Below, piece after piece: positions 1 to 9,217 of a DNA stretch of 64,000 nucleotides. Numbering within the stretch: position 1 is the stretch's first letter; each line of letters begins with the position of its first letter. Source of the stretch: an uncultured Spirochaetota bacterium (GTDB lineage Bacteria; Spirochaetota; B62-G9; DRHN01); NCBI GenBank assembly GCA_964433545.1, contig CAYSRJ010000015.1:18-64017 (forward strand), in the 5' to 3' direction. Both the position numbers and the translations under genes were made by a program. The notes under the pieces are model-generated. The model ran no database searches. It saw only the letters and a program-made list of their open reading frames with translations, and was not told the DNA's origin.

Positions 1-125
1 CTTTTTCGCTGTTGATCCGAACGTACATTCATGTCGTATTTTGCCGTTGAATTTGTGATTGATAGGGTATATAATAGTATTGACACCCCCTTCCGGAGGG
101 TACAAATACAACAAAATGTACCTGT

Positions 126-899
126 GTGAAATCGGCTATGGTTGAAATTACAAAAGAAAAAGGCGCACTCCCCAAATATCTGCAGCTCAGCGAATGGCTC
201 AAAAGCATGATTGACAAGGGCAGATATGCTATCGGCGAACGGTTGCCGTCTGAGATGGATCTTTCGAATATGTTCAATGTCAACAGGAACACTGTCCGCC
301 AGGCTATACAGCAGCTTGTGAACACCGGCCTTGTCATAAAGAAAAACGGTATCGGCACGTTCGTATCATCGAGAACAGACAATAAATTACAGTACTCCCT
401 GCAGAACATACAGAGTCTGACCCAGGAGCTTACCAGGCTTGGGATCAGGCCGGATACCAAACTTCTTTCAAAAAAGGTCATGCGGATAACCGATGATTTG
501 GCAGAAAAGCTCATGCTCGGCAGTGATAATCGGGCTATACGTATCAAGCGAGTCCGGTATGGAAACGGTATTCCACTCGTTATCGAGCGAAGCTATCTCT
601 CCTACCGTGAGTACAGCGACATCATGGAAATGGAAATACCCGATTCGCTCTATCAAACGCTCATAGAGCATTTCGACGTTTCTCTTGAGCGTTCAGCCCA
701 GACGTTGCGGGCAATCGATCTTCCCGATGAGGACGCGAAGTTGCTGGAGCTTGATTCCTGTTTTCCCGCCATGCTCCAGGAATCGATAATATACGATAGG
801 GACAATATTACCGTGGAGCTCTTACACTCTATCTACAGAGGCGACAAGTTCGTATTCAGGGTAAACTCAGGCAGGTTCAGCCCCACCAACATTGTGTGA
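126..899 (+). CDS. GntR family transcriptional regulator, HutC/UTRA subfamily
   Basis: N-terminal wHTH (PKYLQLSEWL...GERLPSEMDLSNMFNVNRNTVRQAIQQLVNTGLVIKKNGIGTFV) and C-terminal UTRA-like domain (IKRVRYGNGIPLVIERSYL). The start could be GTG126 or ATG138. Confidence 0.93.
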   Translation: MKSAMVEITKEKGALPKYLQLSEWLKSMIDKGRYAIGERLPSEMDLSNMFNVNRNTVRQAIQQLVNTGLVIKKNGIGTFVSSRTDNKLQYSLQNIQSLTQELTRLGIRPDTKLLSKKVMRITDDLAEKLMLGSDNRAIRIKRVRYGNGIPLVIERSYLSYREYSDIMEMEIPDSLYQTLIEHFDVSLERSAQTLRAIDLPDEDAKLLELDSCFPAMLQESIIYDRDNITVELLHSIYRGDKFVFRVNSGRFSPTNIV

Positions 900-923
900 C
901 TAAAAAAATCTCCCTTTATTTTA

Positions 924-961
924 ATTGAATAAATATTCAAAAGATTAAATAATTATGCAAA
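924..961 (+). promoter_or_regulatory. Tandem ARG boxes (ArgR operator)
   Basis: ATTGAATAAATATTCAAA (924-941) and ATTAAATAATTATGCAAA (944-961) match the WNTGAATWWWWATNCANW consensus. They lie just upstream of the promoter of an operon that ends in argR. Confidence 0.8.
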
Positions 962-976
962 AATAGGCTAAATTCC

Positions 977-1005
977 TTGACAATACGGTTAGAATCGTAT
1001 ATATA
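977..1005 (+). promoter_or_regulatory. Sigma70-type promoter of the glutamate synthase operon
   Basis: TTGACA (977-982), 17 bp spacer, TATATA (1000-1005). Confidence 0.65.
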
Positions 1006-1044
1006 TACAAAACATTTATGATTTTGTCTGTCAAAATTCTGGCA

Positions 1045-1084
1045 TTTTGTACCAGTATCCTCCGGTTTTTTAAAACCGGTTTTT
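1045..1084. repeat. Intergenic repeat module X, copy 1
   Basis: ttttgtaccagtatcctccggttttttaaaaccggttttt is a near-identical reverse complement of 46395-46436. Confidence 0.8.
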
Positions 1085-1174
1085 ACAAAAGATAATGGTT
1101 TTTTACTTTTCCATGGTCTTTTAAGCATTGGGGAATTAAGGTAAAACCCATCAGGCAAGTGCACCATCAGAAAT

Positions 1175-1195
1175 TTATTGGTTTGAACCTTTTAC
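1175..1195 (+). repeat. Intergenic repeat module Z, copy 1
   Basis: ttattggtttgaaccttttac is identical to 35750-35770. Confidence 0.8.
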
Positions 1196-1237
1196 GATTA
1201 AAAATGAACTTGCCTATAATTTTAAATTGGAGGGGAT

Positions 1238-2341
1238 ATGTGCGGGATAGTGGGTGGTATCGATACTGAAGGCGGTGTGCTCAGCGGGGCCGACTTCATA
1301 CAGGCAATTAAAATTCAGCATGAACGGGGCAACGGTCTTGGCGGCGGTTTTGCGGCATATGGGATATATCCGGAGTTTCCAAATTATTATGCACTCCATG
1401 TCGCCTGTGACACTGAGCAGGCTGCGAGGGAAGCGGATGAGTTTATCAGGGCGCATCTTTATGTGAAGATAGCAGAGGACATGCCCACAAAGGATGTGAC
1501 GAGCATTACGTGGCATCCGTTGTTGAAGAGGTACTTTACCTACCCGGGACCGAGTAATGAAGACCTCAAACTTTCCAATCTGAGCGTTACCACTGTTCAT
1601 GAGGAACGGGAGATGCTCGATGTCTTTATGAAGAAATTCGTTTTCAGCTTCAATCGTTCTATTCGGGGAGCATTTGTCATGTCGTGTGGGCGGAACATGG
1701 GTGTATTCAAGGGTGTCGGCTACCCTGAAGATCTCGGTGAATTCTATCTTATAGACAAAATAGAGGCGCCGGTATGGATCGCCCACAGCAGGTTCCCGAC
1801 GAATACGCAAAGCTGGTGGGGAGGCGCGCACCCGTTTTCACTCCTCGAGTGGTCCGTCGTGCACAACGGAGAAATTACGTCATACGGGGTGAATCGCAAC
1901 TATCTCGAAATGTTCGATTATGAGTGTACCCTGAAAACAGACACCGAGGTGATCAGCTATCTCTTCGACCTCTTAGTCCGGGAGCAGAAGATGTCCCTCG
2001 AGGATACCTGCAGCATTCTTTCACCTCCCCTTTGGGATGAAATCGAAAAGGTCGATGACAGGGAGAAGAAAAAACTAACCTACCTCAGACAGTACTACCC
2101 TCAGGCCCTGCTGAACGGACCGTTTGCCATCCTCGTTACCAATGGGAAAGAGATGATTGCTATGAACGATAACCTGAAGCTTCGCCCACTCGTCTGTGCC
2201 CAGAGCGGAGATCGGTTTTTCTTTTCAAGTGAAGAGTGCAGTTTTGAGATACTCTGTCCTGAGAGGGGGAAAACCTGGATGCTGCCCGGAGGACGGCCTG
2301 CAATAGTAAGAATGAAGGGAGATGCCGATGCTGCAGCGTAA
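1238..2341 (+). CDS. Glutamine amidotransferase class II, stand-alone GATase domain of a split glutamate synthase
   Basis: N-terminal MCGIVG (catalytic Cys), HERGNGLGGGFA, AHSRFPTNT, AHPF, VHNGEI, DTEV; strong SD (ggagggga). Confidence 0.92.
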   Translation: MCGIVGGIDTEGGVLSGADFIQAIKIQHERGNGLGGGFAAYGIYPEFPNYYALHVACDTEQAAREADEFIRAHLYVKIAEDMPTKDVTSITWHPLLKRYFTYPGPSNEDLKLSNLSVTTVHEEREMLDVFMKKFVFSFNRSIRGAFVMSCGRNMGVFKGVGYPEDLGEFYLIDKIEAPVWIAHSRFPTNTQSWWGGAHPFSLLEWSVVHNGEITSYGVNRNYLEMFDYECTLKTDTEVISYLFDLLVREQKMSLEDTCSILSPPLWDEIEKVDDREKKKLTYLRQYYPQALLNGPFAILVTNGKEMIAMNDNLKLRPLVCAQSGDRFFFSSEECSFEILCPERGKTWMLPGGRPAIVRMKGDADAAA

Positions 2342-3911
2342 TGCGGAAAAGCCTGCTGACGACGGGTCAGCGAATAAAAATACTGGGAATGGTCCCAGAC
2401 TCGATATGTCACGAAATTGGAGACGGCCGGTCAAGTATATGCCAGTGTTCGATTATACCCGCTGTACGCGATGCGGGCTTTGCGCTACTGCATGCACGTG
2501 GGGAGAGATACGGCTCGTGCCGGAGAAGGTTGTCGAGGGGAAGCCGATTACCATACCGGTTGCAAACAGAAGTTCATGTGGCGCATGCCACTATTGTGAG
2601 CGCCAGTGTCCGGAGGATGCCATTACCATTGTCGATATCCCTTTCGTTTCTTCACACCGGTACTGGCGGGGAGATCAGAAAAATTTATGGCGGCAGGCCG
2701 ATCCGAACAATCCGGGACACGTCCTCCTGATATCGACCGGGTCGGATTCGGCGCTTATGAGCTATTTTGATCAGCTGATGTTCGATGCATGCCAGGTAAC
2801 CAATCCGCCGATTGATCCTTTGCGGGAACCGATGGAAACAAGGATATTTCTCGGGAGAAAAGATTTCTCCACTGTGGAAAAGCCGCCTCTGCTGCAAGTG
2901 GAGACTCCCATACTATTCTCCGCAATGAGTTTCGGATCCATCAATCTCCGTGTGCAGATAGCCGAAGCAAAAGCGGCCCGTGAGCTCGGCACCTACTGGA
3001 ATACGGGTGAAGGCGGGCTTCACAAACAACTCAACGAATACGCCGGCAACACTATCGTGCAGGTTGCATCGGGGCGATTTGGGGTAAATCCTCGATTTTT
3101 CAGAAACTGTTCGGGAGTCGAAATAAAGATAGGTCAGGGAGCAAAGCCCGGCATCGGTGGGCATTTGCCGGGGGAAAAAGTCACAGATGAAATATCAAAA
3201 ACGAGGATGATACCCAAAGGAGCCGATGCACTTTCGCCTGCGCCGCATCACGATATCTACTCGATTGAAGACCTCAGACAGCTGATATTCGCGATCAAAG
3301 AGACAACACAATACAGGAAACCGGTATCGGTCAAGGTTTCTGCGGTGCACAATATCGCGCCTATTGTCGCAGGAATTGCGCGTGCAGGCGCGGATATTAT
3401 CGCAATTGACGGATTCAGGGGAGGGACCGGAGCAGCTCCTCGCCGAATACGACAGTCTATGGGTATTCCCATAGAGCTTGCTATTTCTGCGGCGGATAAG
3501 AGGCTCAGGGAGGAGAAGATCAGGAATCAGGTGTCCCTCATTGCTGCAGGCGGCATACGAAACTCAGCAGACGTGCTCAAGGCGATCTGTCTTGGTGCAG
3601 ACGCGGTGTATATCGGAACAGCGGTACTCGTCGCACTCGGTTGCGGGTTATGCCAACGCTGCTATGCGAGCAGATGCAGCTATGGTATCACCACAAACAG
3701 GCCTGATCTTGCACAGAGAATGGATATCGATCTTGCCCAGGAGGCGCTTGTCAATCTGGTGCGGGCCTGGACGGATGAAATCAAGGAGCTTATGGGAGGA
3801 ATGGGCATCAATACAATCGGTTCACTGGTCGGTAACCGGGAGCGATTGCGAGGAATACATCTCACCGAAGATGAACTGGATGTGTTAGGAGTAAAACAGG
3901 CGGGAAAGTAG
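2322..3911 (+). CDS. gltB: Glutamate synthase FMN-binding subunit with N-terminal 2x[4Fe-4S] ferredoxin (archaeal-type GltB2)
   Basis: CTRCGLCATAC and CGACHYCERQCP; AMSFGS, NTGEGG, QVASGRFGV, EIKIGQGAKPGIGGHLPGEKV, SPAPHHDIYSIEDL, C-terminal CGLCQRC..RC. The true start may be a downstream ATG. Confidence 0.93.
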   Translation: MPMLQRNAEKPADDGSANKNTGNGPRLDMSRNWRRPVKYMPVFDYTRCTRCGLCATACTWGEIRLVPEKVVEGKPITIPVANRSSCGACHYCERQCPEDAITIVDIPFVSSHRYWRGDQKNLWRQADPNNPGHVLLISTGSDSALMSYFDQLMFDACQVTNPPIDPLREPMETRIFLGRKDFSTVEKPPLLQVETPILFSAMSFGSINLRVQIAEAKAARELGTYWNTGEGGLHKQLNEYAGNTIVQVASGRFGVNPRFFRNCSGVEIKIGQGAKPGIGGHLPGEKVTDEISKTRMIPKGADALSPAPHHDIYSIEDLRQLIFAIKETTQYRKPVSVKVSAVHNIAPIVAGIARAGADIIAIDGFRGGTGAAPRRIRQSMGIPIELAISAADKRLREEKIRNQVSLIAAGGIRNSADVLKAICLGADAVYIGTAVLVALGCGLCQRCYASRCSYGITTNRPDLAQRMDIDLAQEALVNLVRAWTDEIKELMGGMGINTIGSLVGNRERLRGIHLTEDELDVLGVKQAGK

Positions 3912-4054
3912 ACGAACTGGGGCTCGCTGATCTCAGGTGAGGAATACATCATCCATCCATTGTTCGTCCAGATACGGAGCAAAGAGCTAGCTGCTGGACA
4001 GATGAACTCATTCAAACGGCTGGATTGATCGGCGAAAAGGATTGCGGAGGAGAC

Positions 4055-6223
4055 ATGGAAAAATCGAAAACTGCGTGTAAAATTATGGTAGGCACGATGC
4101 ATTATCGGCAGCTGGGGAATATAATCCGAGAGCAGATCGATCAGGGTGTCCGCCGATTCGTGCTTGAAGGTGTCATCGGTCAGCGATACATAGGGGCTGG
4201 CCTTGGCCATGATGTCGAGATAGACATCATAGGCGTTCCGGGACAGGACCTTGCCGTTTTCAACGGAGGAGCGCGGATACGGGTATTCGGAAATGCGCAG
4301 GACGGCGTGGGTAATACGATGAACGACGGGTATATTGCAGTGCATGGGAGCGTGGGAGATATACCGGGGCACATGGTCAGAAACGGCAAGATTTATATAA
4401 AAGGTTCTGCCGGATTCAGGGCCGGGATCATGATGAAGGAGTACGGCGCAAAAAGCCCAGTTATGGTTGTCGGCGAGAGGATTGGTGATTATGTGGGTGA
4501 GTATATGGCAGGCGGGACGATCATCGTGCTCGGGTATGGTCTTGAAGATCACGAATCACCCGTTTCACGCCATGTCGCCTCGGGTATGTTCGGAGGCACA
4601 ATCTATGTCAGGGGTGCTATTACAGAAGCACAGCTTGGAAAAGGCGCACTGATGAAAAAGGCCGATCAGTGTGACATTGAGGCTGTGTACCCGTATCTTG
4701 AGGAGTTTGCCGCAGAGTTTGATCTTGACCTGCAGAAAATTGTCGATGCACCGTTTTCTGTGATCGTCCGTGCGGCTGAACGGCCCTACGGAAATCTGTA
4801 TGTTCCCTCCAGCAAGATATCCCGTGATTTTATTCCCGTTCATCGAAATATTACACCGCCGTGTGCGCATGCTTGTCCGATCGGCATACCCAACCCTGTG
4901 ATAATCAGAAAGTTGAAGGAGGGGAAAACCGAGGAAGCCTTCGATCTCATCGATGATTACACGCCGTTCAGATACTCATGCTGCGGAATGATCTGCCCCG
5001 GGTTGTGCAGGGCTGCCTGTACAAGAAACAATCTCGATGATGCGGTGAAAATCGATGAAATTGCCCGGCAGTTTCATCCAACCGGCCAGGTAAAGATCAT
5101 TGAGGACCGGAAAACGGAGAAGGTCTGTGTTGTGGGTGCGGGTCCTGCCGGCCTCACTGCCGCGTGGCACCTGGCACGGAGGGGCTATACAGTTGACGTA
5201 TATGAAAAGGAAGAGGACATCGGTGGTAAGCTCGTCCATAACATCCCTGAAGAGCGGCTTCCGCGTGTAGAGGTGGAAAAAGACCTCCAACGCATTCGGT
5301 CTCTGGGGATACGTTTTGTTACCGGAAAGGGTGTTGACGCTGAGCTTTTTCACCACCTGAGGGATGAGTACGATGCGGTTATACTTGCAGTCGGTGCGCA
5401 AAAACCGCGGATGCTTGGATTTGAAGGAGAAGACAAGGCACTATCATCATTTCACTTTCTCAGGTCCGTCAAGATGGATGAAGAAATGCGGCTTGATGAA
5501 CGGGCGGTTGTCATTATCGGTGCAGGGAATGTATCTATGGATGTTGCAGGAGAGTGTTTTCGTCTCGGTGCGAAGTCGGTTGCTGCAATCGATATACAGA
5601 AACCCGCGGCCTTCGGAAGGGAACTCGAGCATGCGCTCGGTCTCGGTCTGAAGGTTATCTATCCGAGGTCGGTCGACCATTACAGTGAGGGGAAGGCTTT
5701 TCTGAAAAACGGACAGACCCTTGATGCAGATGTTCTCATCGAATCGATAGGTGAGGTACCGGAGTTCGATTTTGTGGGAGAAAGCATCGTTCTGGACAAA
5801 GAATCCTTTGCGACGAATATTCCGGGTGTGTATGTCATCGGAGATGCCGCAGTACCGGGCCTTGTAACGCATTCGATCGGTATGGGCAAGAATGCTGCGC
5901 TGGCGATTCATTCCTTGTTTCGTGGTATTCCTCAGTCTTCAGAATTCGAGACAGTGGTCGATAAGAAAAGGATAAATCTCGTTTATTTCGAAGAAAAGGA
6001 TTCACTGTTCAGTGATCTGGATGCCTGTTTTTCCTGCGGGACCTGCATTCAATGCGATATCTGTGTTGAAAACTGCCCGAGACAGGCTATTGAACGCATT
6101 GGTGAAAATTTTAATATAAATTATGAAGTATGCTCGGGCTGCGGAGTATGCGCCTCGGTATGCCCGAGAGGTGCAATAATCATGGAGGCAAAGCTGCCTG
6201 GAAAGGGGGAAGCAGCTGAATAG
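4055..6223 (+). CDS. gltD: Fusion of the glutamate synthase GXGXG (GltB domain 3) domain, a GltD-like FAD/NAD(P)H oxidoreductase and a C-terminal 2x[4Fe-4S] domain
   Basis: GQRYIGAG and GDYVGEYMAGG beta-helix repeats; PPCAHACP, CGMICP..CRAAC, GAGPAGL, GAGNVSMD; CFSCGTCIQCDICVENCP and CSGCGVCASVCP. ATG4055 follows GGAGGAG. Confidence 0.88.
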   Translation: MEKSKTACKIMVGTMHYRQLGNIIREQIDQGVRRFVLEGVIGQRYIGAGLGHDVEIDIIGVPGQDLAVFNGGARIRVFGNAQDGVGNTMNDGYIAVHGSVGDIPGHMVRNGKIYIKGSAGFRAGIMMKEYGAKSPVMVVGERIGDYVGEYMAGGTIIVLGYGLEDHESPVSRHVASGMFGGTIYVRGAITEAQLGKGALMKKADQCDIEAVYPYLEEFAAEFDLDLQKIVDAPFSVIVRAAERPYGNLYVPSSKISRDFIPVHRNITPPCAHACPIGIPNPVIIRKLKEGKTEEAFDLIDDYTPFRYSCCGMICPGLCRAACTRNNLDDAVKIDEIARQFHPTGQVKIIEDRKTEKVCVVGAGPAGLTAAWHLARRGYTVDVYEKEEDIGGKLVHNIPEERLPRVEVEKDLQRIRSLGIRFVTGKGVDAELFHHLRDEYDAVILAVGAQKPRMLGFEGEDKALSSFHFLRSVKMDEEMRLDERAVVIIGAGNVSMDVAGECFRLGAKSVAAIDIQKPAAFGRELEHALGLGLKVIYPRSVDHYSEGKAFLKNGQTLDADVLIESIGEVPEFDFVGESIVLDKESFATNIPGVYVIGDAAVPGLVTHSIGMGKNAALAIHSLFRGIPQSSEFETVVDKKRINLVYFEEKDSLFSDLDACFSCGTCIQCDICVENCPRQAIERIGENFNINYEVCSGCGVCASVCPRGAIIMEAKLPGKGEAAE

Positions 6224-6686
6224 GCAGGAGATACGACACAGGAAGATTCTCGCTCTCATTCGTAATGAAAGCATACACAGTCAATGTGAGCTGAAAGCGC
6301 GTCTCGAAGGGGCGGGTATCGAAGTAACGCAGGCAACGCTGTCCAGGGACTTGAAAATACTCGGAATTATTCGTGCCTTTGATCCGAAAAGAGGATACGT
6401 ATATATGCGTTCTCTTCGGACGAACGATAGAACCCAGCCACCGGTTGAACAGGCCATTGAGGGTATTGAAGGAGTTACGTTCTCCGGAAATCTTGCAGTT
6501 ATAAAGACAAAACTCGGTTATGCAACAGGGATCGCCTTTGAAATCGATCACCTCGGGCTTCCCGAAGTGCTTGGCACAGTGGGTGGTGACGATACACTGC
6601 TCGTTGTGTTGAAGGAGGATTGCGATCGGGAGTCATTTCTCAGGCATTTAAAACCCGACTATGCCTCAATCGTCCAGAATGTATAG
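6216..6686 (+). CDS. argR: Arginine repressor; predicted non-canonical CTG start
   Basis: The ORF-track frame extends upstream without a stop to CTG6216: LNRQEIRHRKILALIRNESIHSQCELKARLEGAGIEVTQATLSRDLKILG (ArgR wHTH), with C-terminal GTVGGDDT. There is an in-frame TAA at 6177 and no ATG/GTG/TTG before 6351. Confidence 0.9.
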   Translation: MNRQEIRHRKILALIRNESIHSQCELKARLEGAGIEVTQATLSRDLKILGIIRAFDPKRGYVYMRSLRTNDRTQPPVEQAIEGIEGVTFSGNLAVIKTKLGYATGIAFEIDHLGLPEVLGTVGGDDTLLVVLKEDCDRESFLRHLKPDYASIVQNV

Positions 6687-6821
6687 GGGTGGTTTGACAG
6701 CACCTGTACCCGGCGGCATAGACTTCGCCTCTAGGCAGCTTCAATTAAGGTATTTTTAATATCCAATCCCACCGAGGATCGGCCGCGAAGTGGTGAACGT
6801 CCCTGGCGGGATATGCCACTT

Positions 6822-7661
6822 TTATATGGCCTTTGCGCGATAACCAGAAATCACTTCATTCACTCTGCGGACCTCTTCTACCGGAGTTGAGGCCCCGCTG
6901 ATAATTCCCACCTTCCGAACATCTACGAACCAGTGCTCTTCCAGCTCAGGGGCGCTTTCGATATGAACTGAACGGACCCTTTTTTGCGTAATATTGTACA
7001 GTGTTTTCGTATTACTGCTGTTCTTCCCCCCTACAATGACCATGAGGTCAACAATGCCGGAAAGACGTTTTGCTTCCTGCTGACGTTTAATCGTTTCCTC
7101 GCAGAGGGTGTTGAATATCCGCGTTTCTTTATTTTGGAGAATTATCTCGTCGACAATGAGCAGGAATTTCTCCGGGTTGAACGTAGTTTGTACCACCACA
7201 GCGGTCCTGCTGTTCGGCACTTTTCGGACAGATTCAGGATCTTTCACCACCATTGCATTCCCCCGGGTAAGGGAAAAAATAGCCTGCACCTCAGGATGAT
7301 CAGGATTTCCGGCAATATAGATGAAATACCCCTTGTCTGTAAGATCAACTACCAGGTGATGGATTTTTTTTACCTTGGGGCAGGTGAGATCCAGGATATG
7401 AAAGTTTCTTTCCCCGGCCTGTTTGATGACATCTTTTGGAAGTCCGTGTGTTCTAACCACGAAACGGCTCTGGTCCGGTATGTCCGACATACTGTCAGCA
7501 GTTATCATGCCCAAATCTCTAAGGTGCTCGACGACGCTGTGGTTGTGTATAATCTCACCGAGACAAAATACTTCTCTCTTTTGAAGATCTTCCTGAACCT
7601 GCTGAATCGCCCTTTTAACTCCCGAGCAGAATCCGGCTGTATCTGCGACAATTATTACCAT
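6822..7661 (-). CDS. ispH: 4-hydroxy-3-methylbut-2-enyl diphosphate reductase
   Basis: AGFCSGVKRA, GEIIHN, VRTHG, DLTCPKVKKIH, HPEV, QTTF, NTLCEET..RQ, GGKNSSNT, SGASTP. Confidence 0.96.
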   Translation of the reverse strand: MVIIVADTAGFCSGVKRAIQQVQEDLQKREVFCLGEIIHNHSVVEHLRDLGMITADSMSDIPDQSRFVVRTHGLPKDVIKQAGERNFHILDLTCPKVKKIHHLVVDLTDKGYFIYIAGNPDHPEVQAIFSLTRGNAMVVKDPESVRKVPNSRTAVVVQTTFNPEKFLLIVDEIILQNKETRIFNTLCEETIKRQQEAKRLSGIVDLMVIVGGKNSSNTKTLYNITQKRVRSVHIESAPELEEHWFVDVRKVGIISGASTPVEEVRRVNEVISGYRAKAI

Positions 7662-7726
7662 GTTTGTGTATCCCCGTGTGAATATGCAAAAAATAAAAAT
7701 ATTTTATAGCCCCGAATTACCGGGAA

Positions 7727-8827
7727 TTAGTATGTTCGTGAGATACTGGATTCAAGAATGTCCGTAAGGATGCGCTTTTTTGCTTCGCCCACCGGTAATT
7801 TCGAAATCTCTTTTTCAGCGTTCTGTTGAAGTTTATTTATCGTATGTTGAATTTTTTCTCTGATTCCATATCTCTTGACGAGCTGCCTGAGTTTTGAGAG
7901 ATCGGCTGCAGTTATCTTGACCCTGCCGAGTATTCGCTCTAGGAAACGGCGTTCATCATCTGATATCGACGGTTGTATTTCCGCGGAAGGAGAAGATGAA
8001 GCATCGAGCATTTTTTGCAAATGGAGGTGGAAAAGGGTCTTTTTACCCTCGCGTATATCGGACCCGGCTGATTTGCCGGTACTGTCGCTGTCTCCGAAAA
8101 ATTCTATTTCATCGTCTTTTATCTGGAAAATGATTCCAACCTGCTCGCCAAGCCTGCTGAAACTGCCGGTTACGTCTTCGATTTGTCCTGCGAGAAGTGC
8201 CCCGGTTGCAAGGGGGAGCGAAAAGGTGTAACGCGCCGTTTTGTAGCGATACAGCTCTAGTATGTCTCTTTGTGTGACGCGGTTGGGAAAAAAGATGTGA
8301 GAAACATCCTGCATCTGCGCGAGTCCGACCGTGGTAAGCTCATGCGACCATAATGCCAGTATTTTCGCCCTGAGAATATGGTCGATATTCAGTTCGGAGA
8401 GCAGATCGAAGGCGAGAAAAAACCCGATATCGCCTGCGCAGATTGCGAGGCTTTTACCGAAGTGGTCCGGATCCGGTGCCTGTCTTTTCATCCACTCGTC
8501 TCTATACTGGACATGAAAGGTCTCTTTACCCCGCCTCAGATCGTCTCTGTCCATGATGTCATCGTGAATGAGAAGAGAGGAGTGGATGATTTCGATGGCA
8601 GCGGCGGTTTTAAACACCGTTTCGGGTACATGGTCGCGAAAGAGTGAATAACCGAGAATAACGAGTCCACCGCGTATCATCTTTCCTTGAATGGCGAAGG
8701 AATAAAACCGGTCCATAAGATCAGGGCCCCAGATCCCTGCGTACGGGAGGTTGTTCTTTTTCCCGGCAAAAAAGCCTTTGAGTTCGGTTTCTATGAGGAC
8801 CCGATGTTCATGAAAAAAGGAGTGCAT
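7727..8827 (-). CDS. Polyprenyl diphosphate synthase (GGPP/IspA family)
   Basis: GKMIRG, LIHDDIMDRDDLRRG (FARM), KTARYT, FQIKDD (SARM), SDIREGKKT. Confidence 0.92.
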   Translation of the reverse strand: MHSFFHEHRVLIETELKGFFAGKKNNLPYAGIWGPDLMDRFYSFAIQGKMIRGGLVILGYSLFRDHVPETVFKTAAAIEIIHSSLLIHDDIMDRDDLRRGKETFHVQYRDEWMKRQAPDPDHFGKSLAICAGDIGFFLAFDLLSELNIDHILRAKILALWSHELTTVGLAQMQDVSHIFFPNRVTQRDILELYRYKTARYTFSLPLATGALLAGQIEDVTGSFSRLGEQVGIIFQIKDDEIEFFGDSDSTGKSAGSDIREGKKTLFHLHLQKMLDASSSPSAEIQPSISDDERRFLERILGRVKITAADLSKLRQLVKRYGIREKIQHTINKLQQNAEKEISKLPVGEAKKRILTDILESSISRTY

Positions 8828-9217
8828 TGTACTGTCCGTATAAAACCATATCTTTTAAAAGAATATACTAGTAATCTGTTGGATAAAACCATATTTCTTG
8901 TCAGTGCGGTTTGTTGCAAGGTAATGAAATATAATAGTATTTCAGCTAAATATTTATACTTAACGCATATTGCTGTGCACGTCTTCCCGTTATAGATCGA
9001 AAAGCCCCGAACGGCAGTATAATTGTGAAGGAAAATCTCAATGCAGAAAAAAAGGTCACAAAAATAACCGTTATGGTAAAAGTTGCAGGATTTGCGCCTG
9101 AAGCAGGCGACTGGTACTGGGCAGCCTGTGGGCCGGACGGCAAGACCCTTGTCCAGGGGAAAGTCGACGGTTGAGTATCCTGCCATTGCGGAAAAAAGGA
9201 CAATGATTATATAATCA

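Noticed and set aside
1-32. Possible start of a divergent minus-strand gene (ATG at 32, MNVRSDQQRK) running off the left edge
   Set aside because: Only 10 codons are visible and there is no clear SD, so it cannot be supported from this window.
9085-9186. tRNA-like reading (7-bp closing stem and TGCCA end)
   Set aside because: No TTC-containing T-loop or D-arm, and the stem register does not give NCCA. Kept only as a generic structured-RNA candidate.
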